Assembly: GCA_973895155.1 (NCBI GenBank)
Contig: OZ316897.1
Coordinates: 19,905,224-19,969,223 of the forward strand
Source of the DNA: Marsupella aquatica
Lineage: Eukaryota; Plantae; Marchantiophyta
Reading direction: 5' to 3'
DNA length: 64,000 nucleotides
The notes under the pieces are model-generated. The model saw only the letters and a list, made by a program, of their open reading frames with translations, ran no database searches and was not told where the DNA came from. Positions 37,611-56,438 of the stretch are shown in pieces. The translations under genes and the position numbers were made by a program. Positions within the stretch are counted from its first letter, which is position 1, and every line of letters starts with the position of its first letter.

Positions 37611-39395
37611 GATGCTGGCTGCCTGACCGTACTCGTTTTGTGGAACACTTGGGGTAAGAATTCTCTGCAAACAGGACGAAGACCCGTCAAAGGACGTGTG
37701 AACCACTCGATGCGAACGATTTCTGCCAAGCAAGTGACACGGCAACAGGACCAAAGAGGGCCGTTCTCCACTGAAGCACGGCACGTTGGAAATCTAATCT
37801 AGGAATGTCACATTCATTTTTATGGTGGTTGGTTGCAGCCAGATTGATAGTAGATGTGCTTGAAAGGATGCCTTGGATGGTCTTTCGAGCGCAAGTGCCT
37901 TTGTTAATCTGTAGGGGAAGCTAGAAATTCCGGAGTCCAGCTTGACTTCTACTGCCGATCTTACCCCTTCCTGGGAGGGCAACGATCTGGGTTGTTGCCA
38001 GCAAACTCGGCAACTTCTTGATTGCGGTTTTCTCCAATGCCACCGCACTTGTCTCCTCAGTTGGCAAGGCAGCCAGATGATCACTATCTTGTAAATTTTG
38101 TAAATTATATAGTCAGTAGATTCATTTGCAGGGGTTGCCCTGTATACAACTTTTTTCCGTGAACAGAGTACGCGTTTGATAGAACCTTCCATTGTTCTTA
38201 TTACTCTGCAGGTCACGATGTTGGGATCTTTGTGATGCCCGGCATGATCAACCACCACTTCGGTCAGCACTATCATTGTTTGTACATTTTAATTTATACA
38301 CTCGTTCGAGGTCCGATATAAGTTTCCTCGGCCATAAGCTAATTCTTGGAGTAGGTCCTTTGTGACAAATATCAGAGGAGGAAAGGTTTTGTGATATTTA
38401 TTGTATAGTCCTATTCTATAAAGACATAATTTGCTCCCCCATCATGCGCCCTTCAAAACACAACCCGTCATGGATGAAGAAAGAGGTTTTCCTGGAAAGT
38501 GAACTTCAGAGTGATTGGGGATAAATACAGTTAAACTCCAGGTGGATTTAGCTTTCCTCATTTGCAGAATTCGGTCTATCTTCCTGGGACAAGTTTAAGG
38601 GCACGGTGTGAAACAACAGAAAGAAGGCTTTGATATCTTGCATTTCCTCTTCAGTTAGGGTTAGGGTGTCGTAGAAGTTCTAAAGTTTTCCGTACGTGAA
38701 GGTTACTTCCCTCTAAAAAAGAACGCTTGAAATCTTGAATTTTCCCTCGAGCTCGGTGAAGAAGGTGTCGCACACGATTGTAAAGTCTTCCATATCTGAA
38801 GGTTTTCTGTACCTGACGGTTCACTTCCAAAAAACTTCTCTGCTTTATCAGCTTGAACAAGCCTTTACCGCGAGAAAATTACGTTTCCCTACCTGACTTC
38901 CTCGTCGAAATATTGCAGTCTCTTGAAGACGCTCTCTTGTTTCACAAGGAGTTTCACAAAGGATATATACATTAGAGTCTCAGTGCATGAAAACTAAGCA
39001 GATTCGCATTTCACAGTTGACATTTCCACATATCAGTACAAAATCCTTGGAACTTTTCCAAAATGAGAAAGCTTTCGGACAGGATCGGATTGCATTGATC
39101 GAGAATTTCTTCAGCACCGAATTAAGAAAATCAAGAATAAATTCTTCCGGGACAGAGGCCTCAGTGAGGTCTATCCCCTAATATTACAACTGCTGTTCTC
39201 TCCCTTCCTCAGCAGAAATAGAAGTAAACAAAATCGCGGTAACCGAAGAAATACCACACCTCATTCCAAGCTTCATATATTCTCAAATTTGGCCAACCGA
39301 GCCTTGTATTTAGATTCTATGACAAGAATTTCCGTCCCAATGTGGACTCAAGGCCCACAATAAAGTAAACTGAGGTCATCAGCCCTTGGGCCCGA

Positions 39396-44255
<4,860 letters not shown>

Positions 44256-45442
44256 TTATTCCTCCGACACTCTCATTTTCATCCTCTCTCGCTCTGCCTT
44301 CTCCCTCCCCCTTCCCAATCTTCTCTCTCGTACTTACTTATCTCATCCACTTCTCCTCCGCAATCTCTCCCTACGACACCTCCACCCTCCGCAGTTTGGG
44401 GAATCGCGTGCGACTCAGCCTCCTCCCCTCCAGTGGTCCACTCAGTCAGCCTCACTCTCACACACCAGTCTTGCTCACCAATCTTCGTCCTCCCGATCTC
44501 CCCTAGTTTTCCTTGCTGCAGATCCGATCCGAGAGAGAGCGGCGTATGAATTAGGACGTACGACACAAGACAACGTAGGCAGACTGCCAAGACAGCTGAG
44601 CCAAGGATGCGAGGTAGGGAGACCGACTAGACCGGAAACAGTCCTGGTGCTGAAGCTGCAGCAGTGCAGCAGCAGGCACTAGCCACCACCTTCACAGAAA
44701 AGTCCTGGCAACAGCAACAGAAGCTGAGATTATTATAATTGACAAGCTAAATCCTCCCACGAGAGCTCCAACCGGACGCGTGCTATGACTTCCGCTCCTC
44801 TCCAAATCATCACAGCGTGGCGCAGACAATCTGGAGCGAGGGACGGAGCAGAGCAGCAGGAGCAGCACTACTTCTAGTGTTGGCTGACAGCCAGCAGCAA
44901 GATGAACGCCCACCGAAAGCGAATTGGATCATCATCATCATCATCAGATAGCGATCAACTCTAGAGCTCTCGGGGTCACAACGCATCTCAAGGAAAGGTG
45001 TCTGGAGCTCTGGATCACTCTCCCTTGCAGCTCACAGCAAGACCTGTCTACTCCTGATCTACTCCTGATCAGAGCTACAGTGATAGATGCCTGGCTGCTG
45101 GAATTCCTCGCCCTCTCTATTCTCTCCCCACCCCTCAGAAGAAACGAGGATCCAACCGATGGGAAGTGGATTGGATCGAGCCCTTGCCCGGTCAAGTCCA
45201 GAGCTCGCTGGTTCAGTTCAGCTCTGCTCTGCTCTGCTCCACTGGACGGACGGCAATCCCGCAACGAAAAGTTTCTGCACGTTTTTCTCCCTAGAATTCT
45301 TATTTTCATGTTTCCAACCTCAAAAATTTATTTTCATGTTTCCATCCACAAAATTTCATCCTTAGGCTGAGGCAACTAGAATAGGGGGTCTCAAAATCTC
45401 TCCATTTTCTCCTTTGACCACTGTCAAGGACGTTTTCCGAGG

Positions 45443-45645
45443 AAAAAAAGTGGCGGACATTAAAATGCTTGTCCGCACTCTCCTAACCACAGACCCAAAC
45501 TTGTACTTCGGGACAATTGTTTTTCCAGTTAATGGCTTGTCCGTACTCTCCTGACCGAAAAAAAAAATGGCGGAGACTAAAATGCTTGTCAGGACGCTCC
45601 TAACCACAGACCCAAACTGGTACTTTGGGACAATTGTTTTTCCGC
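45443..45645 (+). repeat. ~120-bp tandem duplication upstream of the CDPK gene
   Basis: tggcgga...taaaatgcttgtc....ctc.cctaaccacagacccaaact.gtactt.gggacaattgttttt occurs twice. Confidence 0.85.
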
Positions 45646-46740
45646 AAACGTGAAGGTTTGACACTCCCTAGTTGGGCTTCTCAAACCGGCTGTTTCCCCT
45701 TTTTTCAGAAAGCTGCTGCAAGAATTTCAGTCTCCAACCCTGAGCAATCCCAATTTCTAGATAAATTCAGTTAGAGGGTTTTTGGTTTGAGATGGATCAC
45801 AAAATGTGCGCAAAGGTTAAGTCTATTTCATCAAGTTTTGAATAGGCAGCAACAACTAATGGAGGGTGCCCTCGGGGGTTTCACTTCCACAAAAATGGCA
45901 TATCACGTGCAACAAAGGATAGGGTCATTTTATTGGTTCTAAGGGAAGACTTAAGAATTTTTGTAGAAGAACAATAAGGTCTTTTAAATTCAATTTTGAG
46001 ACTTATAAGAACATTAGGGTCTTTTTCATCCAATTTTTAGAATATTCCAAGAATATTCCAACTTTATAGGGGTTAAAAATTAAAAAAAATTCTTACATTT
46101 TAAGGGGTTTGAGGCCTAAAAACGTCGCAGGCAATGGGGAGGTCCCCATATAGTGAGACCCCCAAGAGGGTGCCAATGTGTTTAGGCAGAGTGGTTTTGG
46201 GTGTGGCTGCCCGTGCACTGACTGCCGGAGTTTTTTACTACCACTTGTGCTAGAACTGCAGATCCTTCTTCTGTGACCGGGCCCGCAGCATTTCCATCAT
46301 GGGAAATGGTCATGGAAGAAGTGGATTGAGACGCCCTAATGATACACTGTCTCAATCTTGCTGTTTCCCATTTTTGTCAAGTCAGCTGTCCTAGGAAATT
46401 CATGTCTGGACCTCAACCAAAAGGCAAATTTCAGGCCAATTGAATCCCTAAGGTTTCAGATGAGTTTCAACAATCATGCTCCAGCGGGTGCACTGGGCAC
46501 TGACAATTCTTGAATGGTCCCACCGATTCTTGAAGGGCTCATAAGCATTTTGCACAAAGCAAGTTTTGGTGCAGACACTGATGCACTAACCGCAAGAGTT
46601 CATAACATTCAAGTTTTGAGGGTGCCACAGATTTTTGTCCATGACCTGGCCAGCAACATTTTTGTCATAGGAAACCTCTATTGAGCTTGTTTGAGACACC
46701 CTAATAGTCCAGAACAAGCAAACCCAAGTCCAACAAAACA

Positions 46741-47252
46741 ATTGGCTTCGGTCAGTTGGCCAGTCAGGGGATTAGACTAGAACCTAGAGATCCTAGGTAC
46801 AATCTCTCCTCCACATGCAAGGGATGTGTGTGTGTGGGGGTTGGTTTCTCCTCAGCCCCTGGCTCGTCTGCCTTGGGGCTATGGTTCAACTCTCTACCCC
46901 TCCTGGTCTGGCGGATCCCTGGGTATGATCCCTCCACACTTAGTGGCTGGCCGGTCCTGAGGAGCACATCATATGTCTGTCATTGTTATGTCCAGTTCCG
47001 ATGTTCATTTCTGGAACAACTTCATTTCTGTAGGTTAATCACCTTGCAGCTTCATTCGTCGCGCACATCCCGCGAAAGTGGGAAGCCGAGAAGGAATATG
47101 CAGCACACATCCGGCAAAAATGGGAAGCCGAGAAGGAATATGCACCGCTTATCTGCTTCCACGGCCACCATCATTACAATGCCCTGGAGCACAGTGTCTA
47201 GTATGTGTTGGATGGGTCTCATTTCGGTTTCAAGGCAAAAGAAAAGGAAAAA
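46741..47252 (+). mobile_element. tRNA-derived SINE, copy 2, with a ~220-bp internal insertion
   Basis: ggtcagttggcc...ctagaacc.aga...ggtacaatct head, GT-rich body, cctcagccc.tgg, cctcctggtctgg and the tail tttcggtttcaaggcaaaagaaaaggaaaaa are collinear with copy 1. Confidence 0.65.
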
Positions 47253-48180
47253 TAGTGCGAGACAACACAAATAACATATAGAGTGATCCCTGTAAGCACA
47301 AATAGGAGGGGACAATACGAAAAACAATTCCCTAGAGAGACGGAAACAAATTCGTCCGTACGTTCTCTCTCTCGGTCGGCTCAAGTGCGGGAGGTGAAAC
47401 ATATCATTCCGTCCAATTGGACAGACGGAGCGAACGCCGGGGCAGGGACGGGGGGAGCCCCAGAGGGCGAGACTGCCGGTCAGGGGGCAGGGGGTGAGAG
47501 CAGGGGCGGGGCCAGCGGCATGGGAGCCGCGGACGGGGTAGGGCGCCAGGGCGTGAGGAGGGCAGGTACGCCAAAATGAACAGAGACAGAGTTTACAAGG
47601 GAAGGAAGTGCGGGCAGGTCCCTTGGTGCAAACATTTTTGGCCGACGGGCAGCTTGAATAAAAATAATATGACGGCCGTAGACCAGTGGGTCAGTGGGTG
47701 GGGACGGACGGCGTGACCGTGGGCAGAGGATCACAGACGGCGAGAGGTGCGACCCATTCTGCCCGCTACACGTCAAATTGTCCCCAAGGGAGAAATGGCG
47801 GAGGGCACAGAGGTACGGCACGGAGAACGGGCAGAGAACGGCCGGCCCGCTCCCGTTCCAACCTGTAAAAAATGTGCAGTCCCAAGTCGTTGTACCGGGC
47901 CACATTTCTGTTGGGCAGGGGAAACATTTACACGTGCGTGAATTGGCGAATCATTCTTCGCGGTCAGTGGAAGACGAGCGGCGGGCAAAGGGAGGTGTCA
48001 GCTGTGTCGACTTCCGGAGCTGCCCTCTGTGAAATTCTGTGAATGTCTAAAGTGTGGGATATCGAAGTAATCGAAGCCTTGTACTGTACGATCGCCTGGC
48101 AACCAGCTCATGTTGAATTGGTGAAACAACCCCACTCTTTAAATGTGCCAATATTCTGATATGAGGTGAAATGGTTGGAA

Positions 48181-48870
48181 TGATAAACCAGAGATACTGG
48201 ATGGACCCCCAAAATCAAAAGTGATGGAACCCATGAGTGATCCACAACCTTTATGATAACCGAGAAATACTGGATGGACCCTCAAAATTAAAAGTGATGG
48301 AACCCATGAGTGATCCATCTCCTTTATATAGACCTTAGGTCATCATACCGATATATATATCATGGGATTCCTGGGGTCCATTAAATAACAGTTTTGAATC
48401 TAAATCAAGTATGCGCAAAACTGATCATCCAGATAGAGTTATGGGGTGTCAATCATCTATGCTCCCAACACCTCCAGTGGAAACTGCTAAGATAGGCCAG
48501 GTGGGCCTCTGTAGGTAATTAACTCTTTAACTGATCATCCTGGCCTGACCCTCCTTATAAGCAAACATTTTGGACTACCTTGACAGATTTCTTATATCAA
48601 GGGTTTGCTTATCCCGATATAAACAAAATAATAGGACTTTGATTATATGGTAACTGATCACACTAGGATGGTCCCTCAACAGCGGACCCTCCTTACAAGC
48701 AAACATTTTGGAGCACCTTAGTTAACAGATTTCTTATATCAAGGGTTTGCTTATCCTGATATAAACAAAGTAATATGACTTTGATTATAGGGTAACTGAT
48801 TACACTATGATAGCCCCTCTACGGCGGACCCTCCTTACAAGCAAACATTTTGGAGCACCTTAACAGATTA
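48181..48870 (+). repeat. Tandem duplications (~73 bp x2 and ~140 bp x2.3)
   Basis: tactggatggacc..caaaat.aaaagtgatggaacccatgagtgatcca occurs twice; gaccctcctta.aagcaaacattttgga occurs three times. Confidence 0.9.
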
Positions 48871-51128
48871 CTTCTGTCAGTCAATTTAAACTGGGAATAA
48901 GTGGCCTATGACTGTTAGAAGGACACTTCAGTTTTGCTAAGGATCAATGCCTCTATTAGTTTTTCCAGCACCCCAACCCACTGTAAACTCTTGGTTTTTA
49001 GTGCATTTATTTTGGAGAACTTTTGGATATACATTTAATCTCAAAAACTTTCCAGCATGTTCTCTGATGTCCAATCTATTACCCCAAGTTTGAGATTTTT
49101 TGGAGATATTTGCTCCATTTCTGGCTAGGGTAAAAATGGTCAAATATTATAAACCAACTGTTAATGGACAGTTCACTTTTGTGAAAGACATTGTGAGTAC
49201 TTTGGGCAATGACTTACCACAGGGTGAACTAATTAAACCGACTACAAACAGTCAGAAGTCCATTTACATACCAGTTTCCTGTCAGAACTGTGAGATACTA
49301 CCAGAGTCTATATAGACATTCTGTGGCACTCCATCTAGGGCCCAACTCGCTTGTGCAGGTCCTCAGAAATGTGGCCCTTAGCCGCAGTAAAATCTTAGGC
49401 AAGAAGGAGATCTCAGTTCTTATCAAGTGCAATGTTGGGCAGCGGGAATGACAGCTCATGTGTCTCTTGAGCTCAAATAATCCTATCTACAAATAAGCAG
49501 GTCTGAGTTGTTTTTATTTGAAAGTTGAAGGTCGGGATCTGCAAGGGCCAGGAACTTTCCGGCCCTTGCCCTGGGGACCCCAAATCTCTGCGGCCAGACC
49601 TGGCACAAGAGGGGGTGATGCCAGAAAAGTCTCGGACATACACATACTCACACCACTCCAGTCGAGGGCCACATGTGAAGGACCGTGCGCATGCAAGTAG
49701 GGCATAAGCTTTGGAAATCCCCCAGAATTCACAGCAAACCCCTAGGTCCATTGGGGCTTTATTTTCTTAATTTTGACCAATGCAGGACAAGAAAGTAAAA
49801 CGCAAATCTAAAAATAGTCACAGCCACACCATAATAAGGGTCGATCTTGCTGGATAGAATGGGATATCATGATTTTGAATGGGTGGAATTGAATAAACCC
49901 AAGGAAGAATTATTAGCAAGCCACAACAAGACAGATGGCTTGAGGTGGGGCCCAGCTGAAAATCGTGTCAAGTATAAATATACTCTATTACTCTAGGCAA
50001 TTTTTTTAATTAAGGAAACCTGTTTACATCAGCGATGACATGATCCACGCCCTCCTCGGTCAGAGTGTCAGTCTCACCCATAGTTGTGAATGTGTGCACG
50101 CATACCATCATCTTCATCAATACCATATAGTGTGGTATGGTATGCAAACTTGGGCACGCACCCACTTTCTGCCCACGGGCAGGCAGGCATTAATTAATAA
50201 TTATGCTCTGCTGACCACGTCCTACCCAGCGATGGCGAGTTGGAACACAGCTACATTCCAAACTACTTTTACTGGAGAAAATTCTAGAGATATGCATGAT
50301 AGACCCCATGAGTGATCCAGAGTGTTGATGGATCTTAAATCAAGACACCAAAATCTTAACATGTTGCTTTGATAAACTCCATGAGTGTTCAGACTCTTGA
50401 TGGACCTTAAATAACATACCCAAAATCTCATGGGGTCCTTCAAATAACATGTTTTAATTAAGGGGTCCATCAAGTACACCTCTCACAAAATTTGCTAGAT
50501 TACATCTGTAATATTAATGGAATATTCCAGAAATAAGATGTCTTATAACTCTAAAAAATGGATTTTAAACACCATATTGTTCTTCCATACATTTTTAATA
50601 GTCCTCCCTTAGAACCAATAAACTGACCCATGCTTTGTTGCAGCCACATCGAGATGTGCTGTCTAAGCAGAAATGAGACCCCAATACTTTGTCTCCTTGA
50701 TACAAGAAATCTTCATTTATTGAATTTCATTTCAAAAGATTTTTGGTCTGGAATCTTTATGGACCCCCATTAGGGGTCTCTTGCAAATTCTCTGCCATGA
50801 GGTTGCGCCACATCATCACAACTAACCACAAACAGGAATGATCTTACTTTTAACAATAACAAATGTGCACATTCTTGTTTGTGGCAAAAGCAACGTAATT
50901 TTTGGGACGCCATGCAAAAAATACTAAACGTAAAAAAAACCAAAATACAAAGGAAGAGATGTCATTTAGTAAAACAAAGTTACAATTTTGATGTTTATCA
51001 AAGATATATCAGTGTTTTATATCAAAATGTTTGTATTTTTTAATTGTTTACAAGATTGAAAAAATTGATCGATAGAAATGTACATAATTAAAACCCATTT
51101 GGCTTCACATTGTAAAACTAAATAATAA

Positions 51129-51609
51129 ATCTCCTTAGTACTTGATAAAATTTTCCAATGTTTGATTCATTGGAAAATTCAAGATCAAGATTTAGAAACT
51201 CATGATCTCTTTAGTAATGTCTTGATAAAATCTCTCAATGTCACTCATTGGAAAGCTAGAGTAAAATTAAAAACTCGTCATCTCCTTAGTACTTGACAAA
51301 ATCTATCAATGTTAGGCTCATTGGAAAGCTAGAGAAACTTAGATACTCATGATCTCCCTATTTCTTGACAAATAATCTCAATGTCACACATTAGAAAGCT
51401 AAAAAGATTGAAAACCTCCTGATCTCTTGAGCACGGTGACAAAATCTGACATAAAATTTGTAATGTTAGACTCTATGTTAGAAAACTAAAAGAATTCATG
51501 AACTCATAATCAAAATTTCTTATACTAACACTCATTGGAAAGGCAAAGATATTCAAAAACTCATATGGAACTTGACAAAATTTATCAATTTGAGGCTCAT
51601 TGGAAACCC
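51129..51609 (+). repeat. AT-rich degenerate minisatellite, ~70-76 bp unit, ~7 copies
   Basis: Recurring atctc.ttagtacttga.aaaat...caatgt....ctcattggaaagcta...aaactcatg. Confidence 0.85.
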
Positions 51610-51699
51610 TTTCTCGATTAAGAGATATCACAATCTCGTCACCGTCACAAACTTAGCCACTACAAATTGATTTCTTTGATTAAGTCGCGGAACTCGACT

Positions 51700-53150
51700 A
51701 CCTTAACACTTAGCTCCGGTGTCGCTGACTTCGACGCCGAGCTCCCTTATGGTCCAGGCCCGGATAGGCCATCCGGGGAGGACTTAGCACGAGGAGACTT
51801 GTGAGCAATGAGACGTGGCACTAGCAAGGCAAGGGGCCAAGCTGGGGACACACACTAAGGACTTGGACTAGCCTATGGCTGGTCGGGTCAAGGGTAAATG
51901 GGCCGGGCTCAAGAATGACCGTCCGGACCGTCGGATGGACTTTGAGTTCTGAGGGTTTAGGAGTGAGCTCCTCTTGGGCCCAAGGCCAATGGAGTTGACG
52001 TCATTGGCAACGGACGCTTGGGGCGCAAGTTGTGGCCCGATCCGGGTTGGGCCGGTCGGGGGCCCCGAGCGGCGATCAGACCTGAGGGCCTAGGCATGAG
52101 CACTGGGTCGGCCCGGTCACAACGGGCTAAGGCACTCTGCTTGCGGATGCCTATCAAGAAAGTTATGGGCGTTGCCAGTTGGTGGCACACCCATTATTCG
52201 CGATGGGATCCGGGTTGGGGGCCAAATGTTTAGGGACCAAAGCTGGTCCGAGGGTGGCAGGTCTCCAGAAGCATATATGAGAGGAGTGGTGTCTCCCTGG
52301 GGGCTAAGGCCGAGCCGAAGTCGTGAGCCGCGGCGGTCGCGACACTAATGGAAACCGCCAAACGGAAATGACGATATCTTCCCAACGGGAAGTCCGTTGG
52401 AGGACTTCTTGGGTGCATTGGAAAGCTCTTGAGGGGTGCCATGGGTTCTCGTGGTTTGCGGGTGTTAGCTCGCCCACTTGCCAAATCCTGCCGAACAGCA
52501 GCCAAGCCGCATTCAGCCTCCCAAGGGAGCTTGCGTTGGGGAGGCAAGGTCAAGTAGGTATGGAGGCTGAGTCCCAAGGGCACTCGGTCCCTAGACCATC
52601 AGTGGGGCGAACCGGGAGCGGTTGTTAGAGTCGGGGCCATTCTGGTCCCGGCGTGTTGAGCTTGGGACAAGCTTTAGGACAAGCTACGTTAATTGGGCCA
52701 TGAGCATGTCCTGAGGTCAGGGCGGTCAGTTGGTGATGGATAGGTACGAGGGGGAATCCGGGCCGCGCCCAAGGAAGGAGCTGTCCTGGACGGACAGTGG
52801 GCATGGGTTCTTGTTCCGGCTTATGGCATCGGGAGGACCTATCGCTGACCTATTTACCAACGTCTGTTGAGCTTGAGTTAGGATGCTAGACTGGGTGAGT
52901 TCTAGATCCGGAGGGGTTACTTACCGAGGTGCTTGGTTGTTTGTGCAGACAGTGAGGACTGTTGAGTAGCGGTCGTGTAGGTGAGCAAGTGCGGCTTCGT
53001 ATGGGAGTGGCCGCAGGTGGTGCTAGAGGCACTTGGATGCCTGCTTGAGGTATTCCGTGGAGGCGTTCGGGCACCAAGGGCACTTAGGCGCAAGTGCTGG
53101 GATTGGTGAGGGCACTGGGTGGCGAGGTCCACCACTGATTACGTCACCAT
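51700..53150. mobile_element. GC-rich non-coding island, probably transposon-derived (LTR-like or internal region)
   Basis: Abrupt rise in GC between AT-rich flanks, with many gggcc/ggccc motifs and no recognisable protein in any frame. Confidence 0.35.
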
Positions 53151-54202
53151 CGCTTGTCCACAATGCTTGCTTCCCGGCTTGAATTGTTCGCATCTCTTAG
53201 ATAGTCTTCAACTAAAGCTCACTCTGAACACAAGTTGATGCGAAATGCAGCCTCTATGTCAAAGAAACAATTGTTGGTCTCCCCTCACACCATAGCTTTC
53301 TTAAATAAAAATAACTACAAATCCTTTGTTTGAAGTGACGGCTCGTTCGTTTTGTGTGAACATTCTTCCCACCAAATTGACAAGCGCTCTTTTGCCAACA
53401 GCTGAGTGTTGTGCTCTAGTCTGTCTTGTGGCGGTAATGCTCAATGTAACTCACAAACAATCAATCAAGAATGGTTGAAAGATTATTTCTCCAATGTGTA
53501 AGCAAAACCTATAAGAAAACTCAATTCCTCCACATTCAACCTTTCGTTTGATTAATTTCTATCTTTTGAGCATTTGTTTTTGTACAAGCACACACCAACA
53601 CCATCAGGAGACTCAAAACCGTTGGTTACCGCCTTGATGAAAATTGATTTCACTTAATCACACAAACATTCCTTGGATGAACATGGGGGTCCACGGATTA
53701 ATTAGAACAAGAAGTGGCTCTCCACCTCATTGTGGACAAGTGTTCCTGGGAAATTCATTTATTGGTGCTCATTTCTTGTCATTTAATGTTGTCTGTAATG
53801 CTGCCAATTGTGCACACAAGGGAGAAGACACGAGGGTGTATGTCTTCACGTTTCCAAATGATAACTATAGTGCATGGATTCACCTAGGTTCAAAGTTTAC
53901 TTGTTAGTAATCCCAACAATAACAATGATCTTGATTGCTGCTAGTGAGGTTAAGAGTCCATATCTCAGTCAAGTTTTGCACAAACCCCCATCTTAAACTT
54001 GGGTCACGAAAGCCTTTTGCATGTAAAAGACTTGACACCTGAATGGAAACAGGCAACATTTAACACTGGAACCCAGGATTCCCCTTACGAAACTCCAGAT
54101 TGAGGCTAATGCGATTAGCCGGTACTAAGCTGCCCGCTGCCCACTTCCCGTGACGTGAGAATAGGGTTAAATATGGGGCGCGATGCATTGTAGTCACCAG
54201 CT

Positions 54203-54275
54203 GCCTATAGGCTGCATGGTAGAGGTGCTCAGTAGGGTAGGGGAGGTCTCGGGTTTGAATCCTGCCAACAAAGGA
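54203..54275 (+). mobile_element. Degenerate tRNA-like head (SINE remnant or tRNA pseudogene)
   Basis: taggctgcatggtagag (A-box-like) and gggtttgaatcc (B-box-like) at tRNA-like spacing; no convincing cloverleaf. Confidence 0.4.
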
Positions 54276-55342
54276 AGTTTTCATCATTCACCCCACCCAA
54301 AAGTGGGGTTCATTCATACCCTCTTGACACTCAATTTTTTTTACTCGCCCAGGCTTGTATGCGGGCAGCTATGTACAGAGGCTCTTAATGAGCCTCGAGC
54401 TTGAGTTTCATCGTGAATAACCGAGGCAGGAACCCAAGGGGTTGTAATAAATGAGTTACAAAAGAGTTGACATTTAAAGGGTAGATGACATAAACAGGTC
54501 TGTCCTCACTCAGTTTGCTCACAGAATGCCACCCCCAAAGTGCTCTTTGCTCCCAACTTCACAGCTTAGTCTAGTATTGAATGTGAACTCACAACTTTTT
54601 TGGTGCTCTATTGTTAGATTGAGGGCCACCTAAGCAGAAATTGGCTGGTGGGCAGCATGAGTGGTGCTTGTTTTTTGGACATGAGGGTAGATGATGTAAA
54701 GAGGTCCATCCTCACTCAGTTTTTTGACAGAGTCCACCCCCAAAGTGCTCTTTGCTCCCAAAGTCATGGCTTCAGTCTACGGTTATATCAAAAGGGCAGG
54801 TCGGGTGATTCTGTCCCCTTGCCTGCTGTAAAGCTTTTATTAAAAAAGGAAAAAAGGGCAGGTTTTGTTCACATTTTTTAATTAGATTGAGTTCCCTTAA
54901 ACCAATACGAACAGGCAAGCAAATCTACAAGTGGGACAGAAAGGGGGTTATTTTACTTGTAAAGCGCAGGCTATAAGCTAAAGTTGGGGTCTAGGTTTCT
55001 AGAGTGAAACCTATGGACATCATGATCATCAATTGGATGGGAAAACTCCTGACTATGATGTATGTGAAATGATAATCATGCATGCATTTTGCCAGGGACT
55101 TTTGTCATGATTTCTATCTATATTAAAAAAATTGCTCTATGGCCCCACCCTAACATATGTGCATAGAAAGAGGGATGTGTATAAAAAAGAGTAGGGTATG
55201 TTACGTATAATTATTAAAATGACAACATGTATGATGAGTTTTTTTATCATTTCATTAACCCTACAAAATGTGAATAAATAATATATTTTGGTGACATTTT
55301 TATTGTACCCCCTCTATTCACATTGAAATAAAGGGTAGTCGA

Positions 55343-55455
55343 GGCTTGTAGGCATCAATCTCTTGTCTTGGCTCAGGGCAAGGCTAGTAGGTATCAATCT
55401 CTTGTCTTGGCTCAGGGGGAGGCTAGTAGGTATCAATCTCTTGTCTGGGCTCAGG
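55343..55455 (+). repeat. 39-bp tandem repeat x3
   Basis: aggct.gtagg.atcaatctcttgtct.ggctcagg occurs three times. Confidence 0.95.
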
Positions 55456-56222
55456 TCACACCACAGATTTTCATGGAACTAAAGTGGCCGACTTACAGAT
55501 TAGTGGTTTACCACTAGGGAGTCTCAATCCATGGAGTTGCGGGATAAAAAGAGAGGCCCCAAACTAGCAGTTTCGGTCACGGTTCAGCAGTGTGTGGACA
55601 TGGATTTTCATGTCCGCCACTTTTTTCCCGGGATTCCATCTCTGACCGCAACTGGAAGCAGCAAGGGCGAAGTTTGGGACACCCTACTGAAGTCCCAAAC
55701 TCATAATTTCTGGCCTAAGATTTTTGTGCTGCCCTTCAGGTTTGAGAAACCCCACTAATAATGAATGAATTCTCCAGGTAGTCACCTGAATTCCACTCTG
55801 GCGTGGTTTGGTGAAACACAGTCATCACAAGGACTTTTTTGTAGCTACACTACCCTGCCCGTCCTGCCCCTCCTGTGCCGGCAATCGGGCATCATAACAA
55901 GCACATGCCACTTGCGTGGTACATGGAGTACGGACATAAAAGTTTTACCCCTACTGGAGTAAAAACATTTCCTGCCCGAAAGTATGAGTTTCTTTCAAGT
56001 GTGTCCCAAGAAAGTTTTCCCGGTGACGTTTTGCCCGGCGCTGCCCAAAACGGATCCCCGGTGACCCGTCCCAAACGTTTGACCCTCCATTATTTTATCA
56101 TGAAGACTTTGTTCCAAAGATAGGTCCTGCCCGCTGCCCGTACTCGATTCCGCTTCATTATTATTCGATCGAAGTCTTTCCTACGAATGATTCCGCCGTA
56201 TGTTCTTTTGACCCATAACGAT

Positions 56223-56438
56223 TCCGCTTCATTCTTTCGAACTTTCGAAGTCTCTTCTGTCTCTATCACGAAAGTAAGTCGAACGACCGAGCGATTTCCT
56301 TCACGGCGATCGGCAGAACTGAAGAAAACGTCCGCTTCATTCTTTCGAACTTTCGAAGTCTCTTCTGTCTCTATCACGAAAGTAAGTCGAACGACCGAGA
56401 GATTTCCTTCACGGAGATCGGCAGAACTGAAGAAAACG
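56223..56438 (+). repeat. 108-bp near-perfect tandem duplication
   Basis: tccgcttcattctttcgaactttcgaag...cagaactgaagaaaacg starts at 56223 and 56331, with 2 mismatches. Confidence 0.95.

Noticed and set aside
36705-38276. Long minus-strand ORFs (191, 162 and 160 aa) over and after the F-box gene
   Set aside because: Mostly antisense shadows of the F-box CDS, with no recognisable motifs.
38654-38667. TTAGGG telomere-like motif
   Set aside because: Only two units, which is expected by chance.
54203-54275. Functional tRNA gene
   Set aside because: Acceptor and anticodon stems do not pair; kept only as a low-confidence tRNA-derived remnant.
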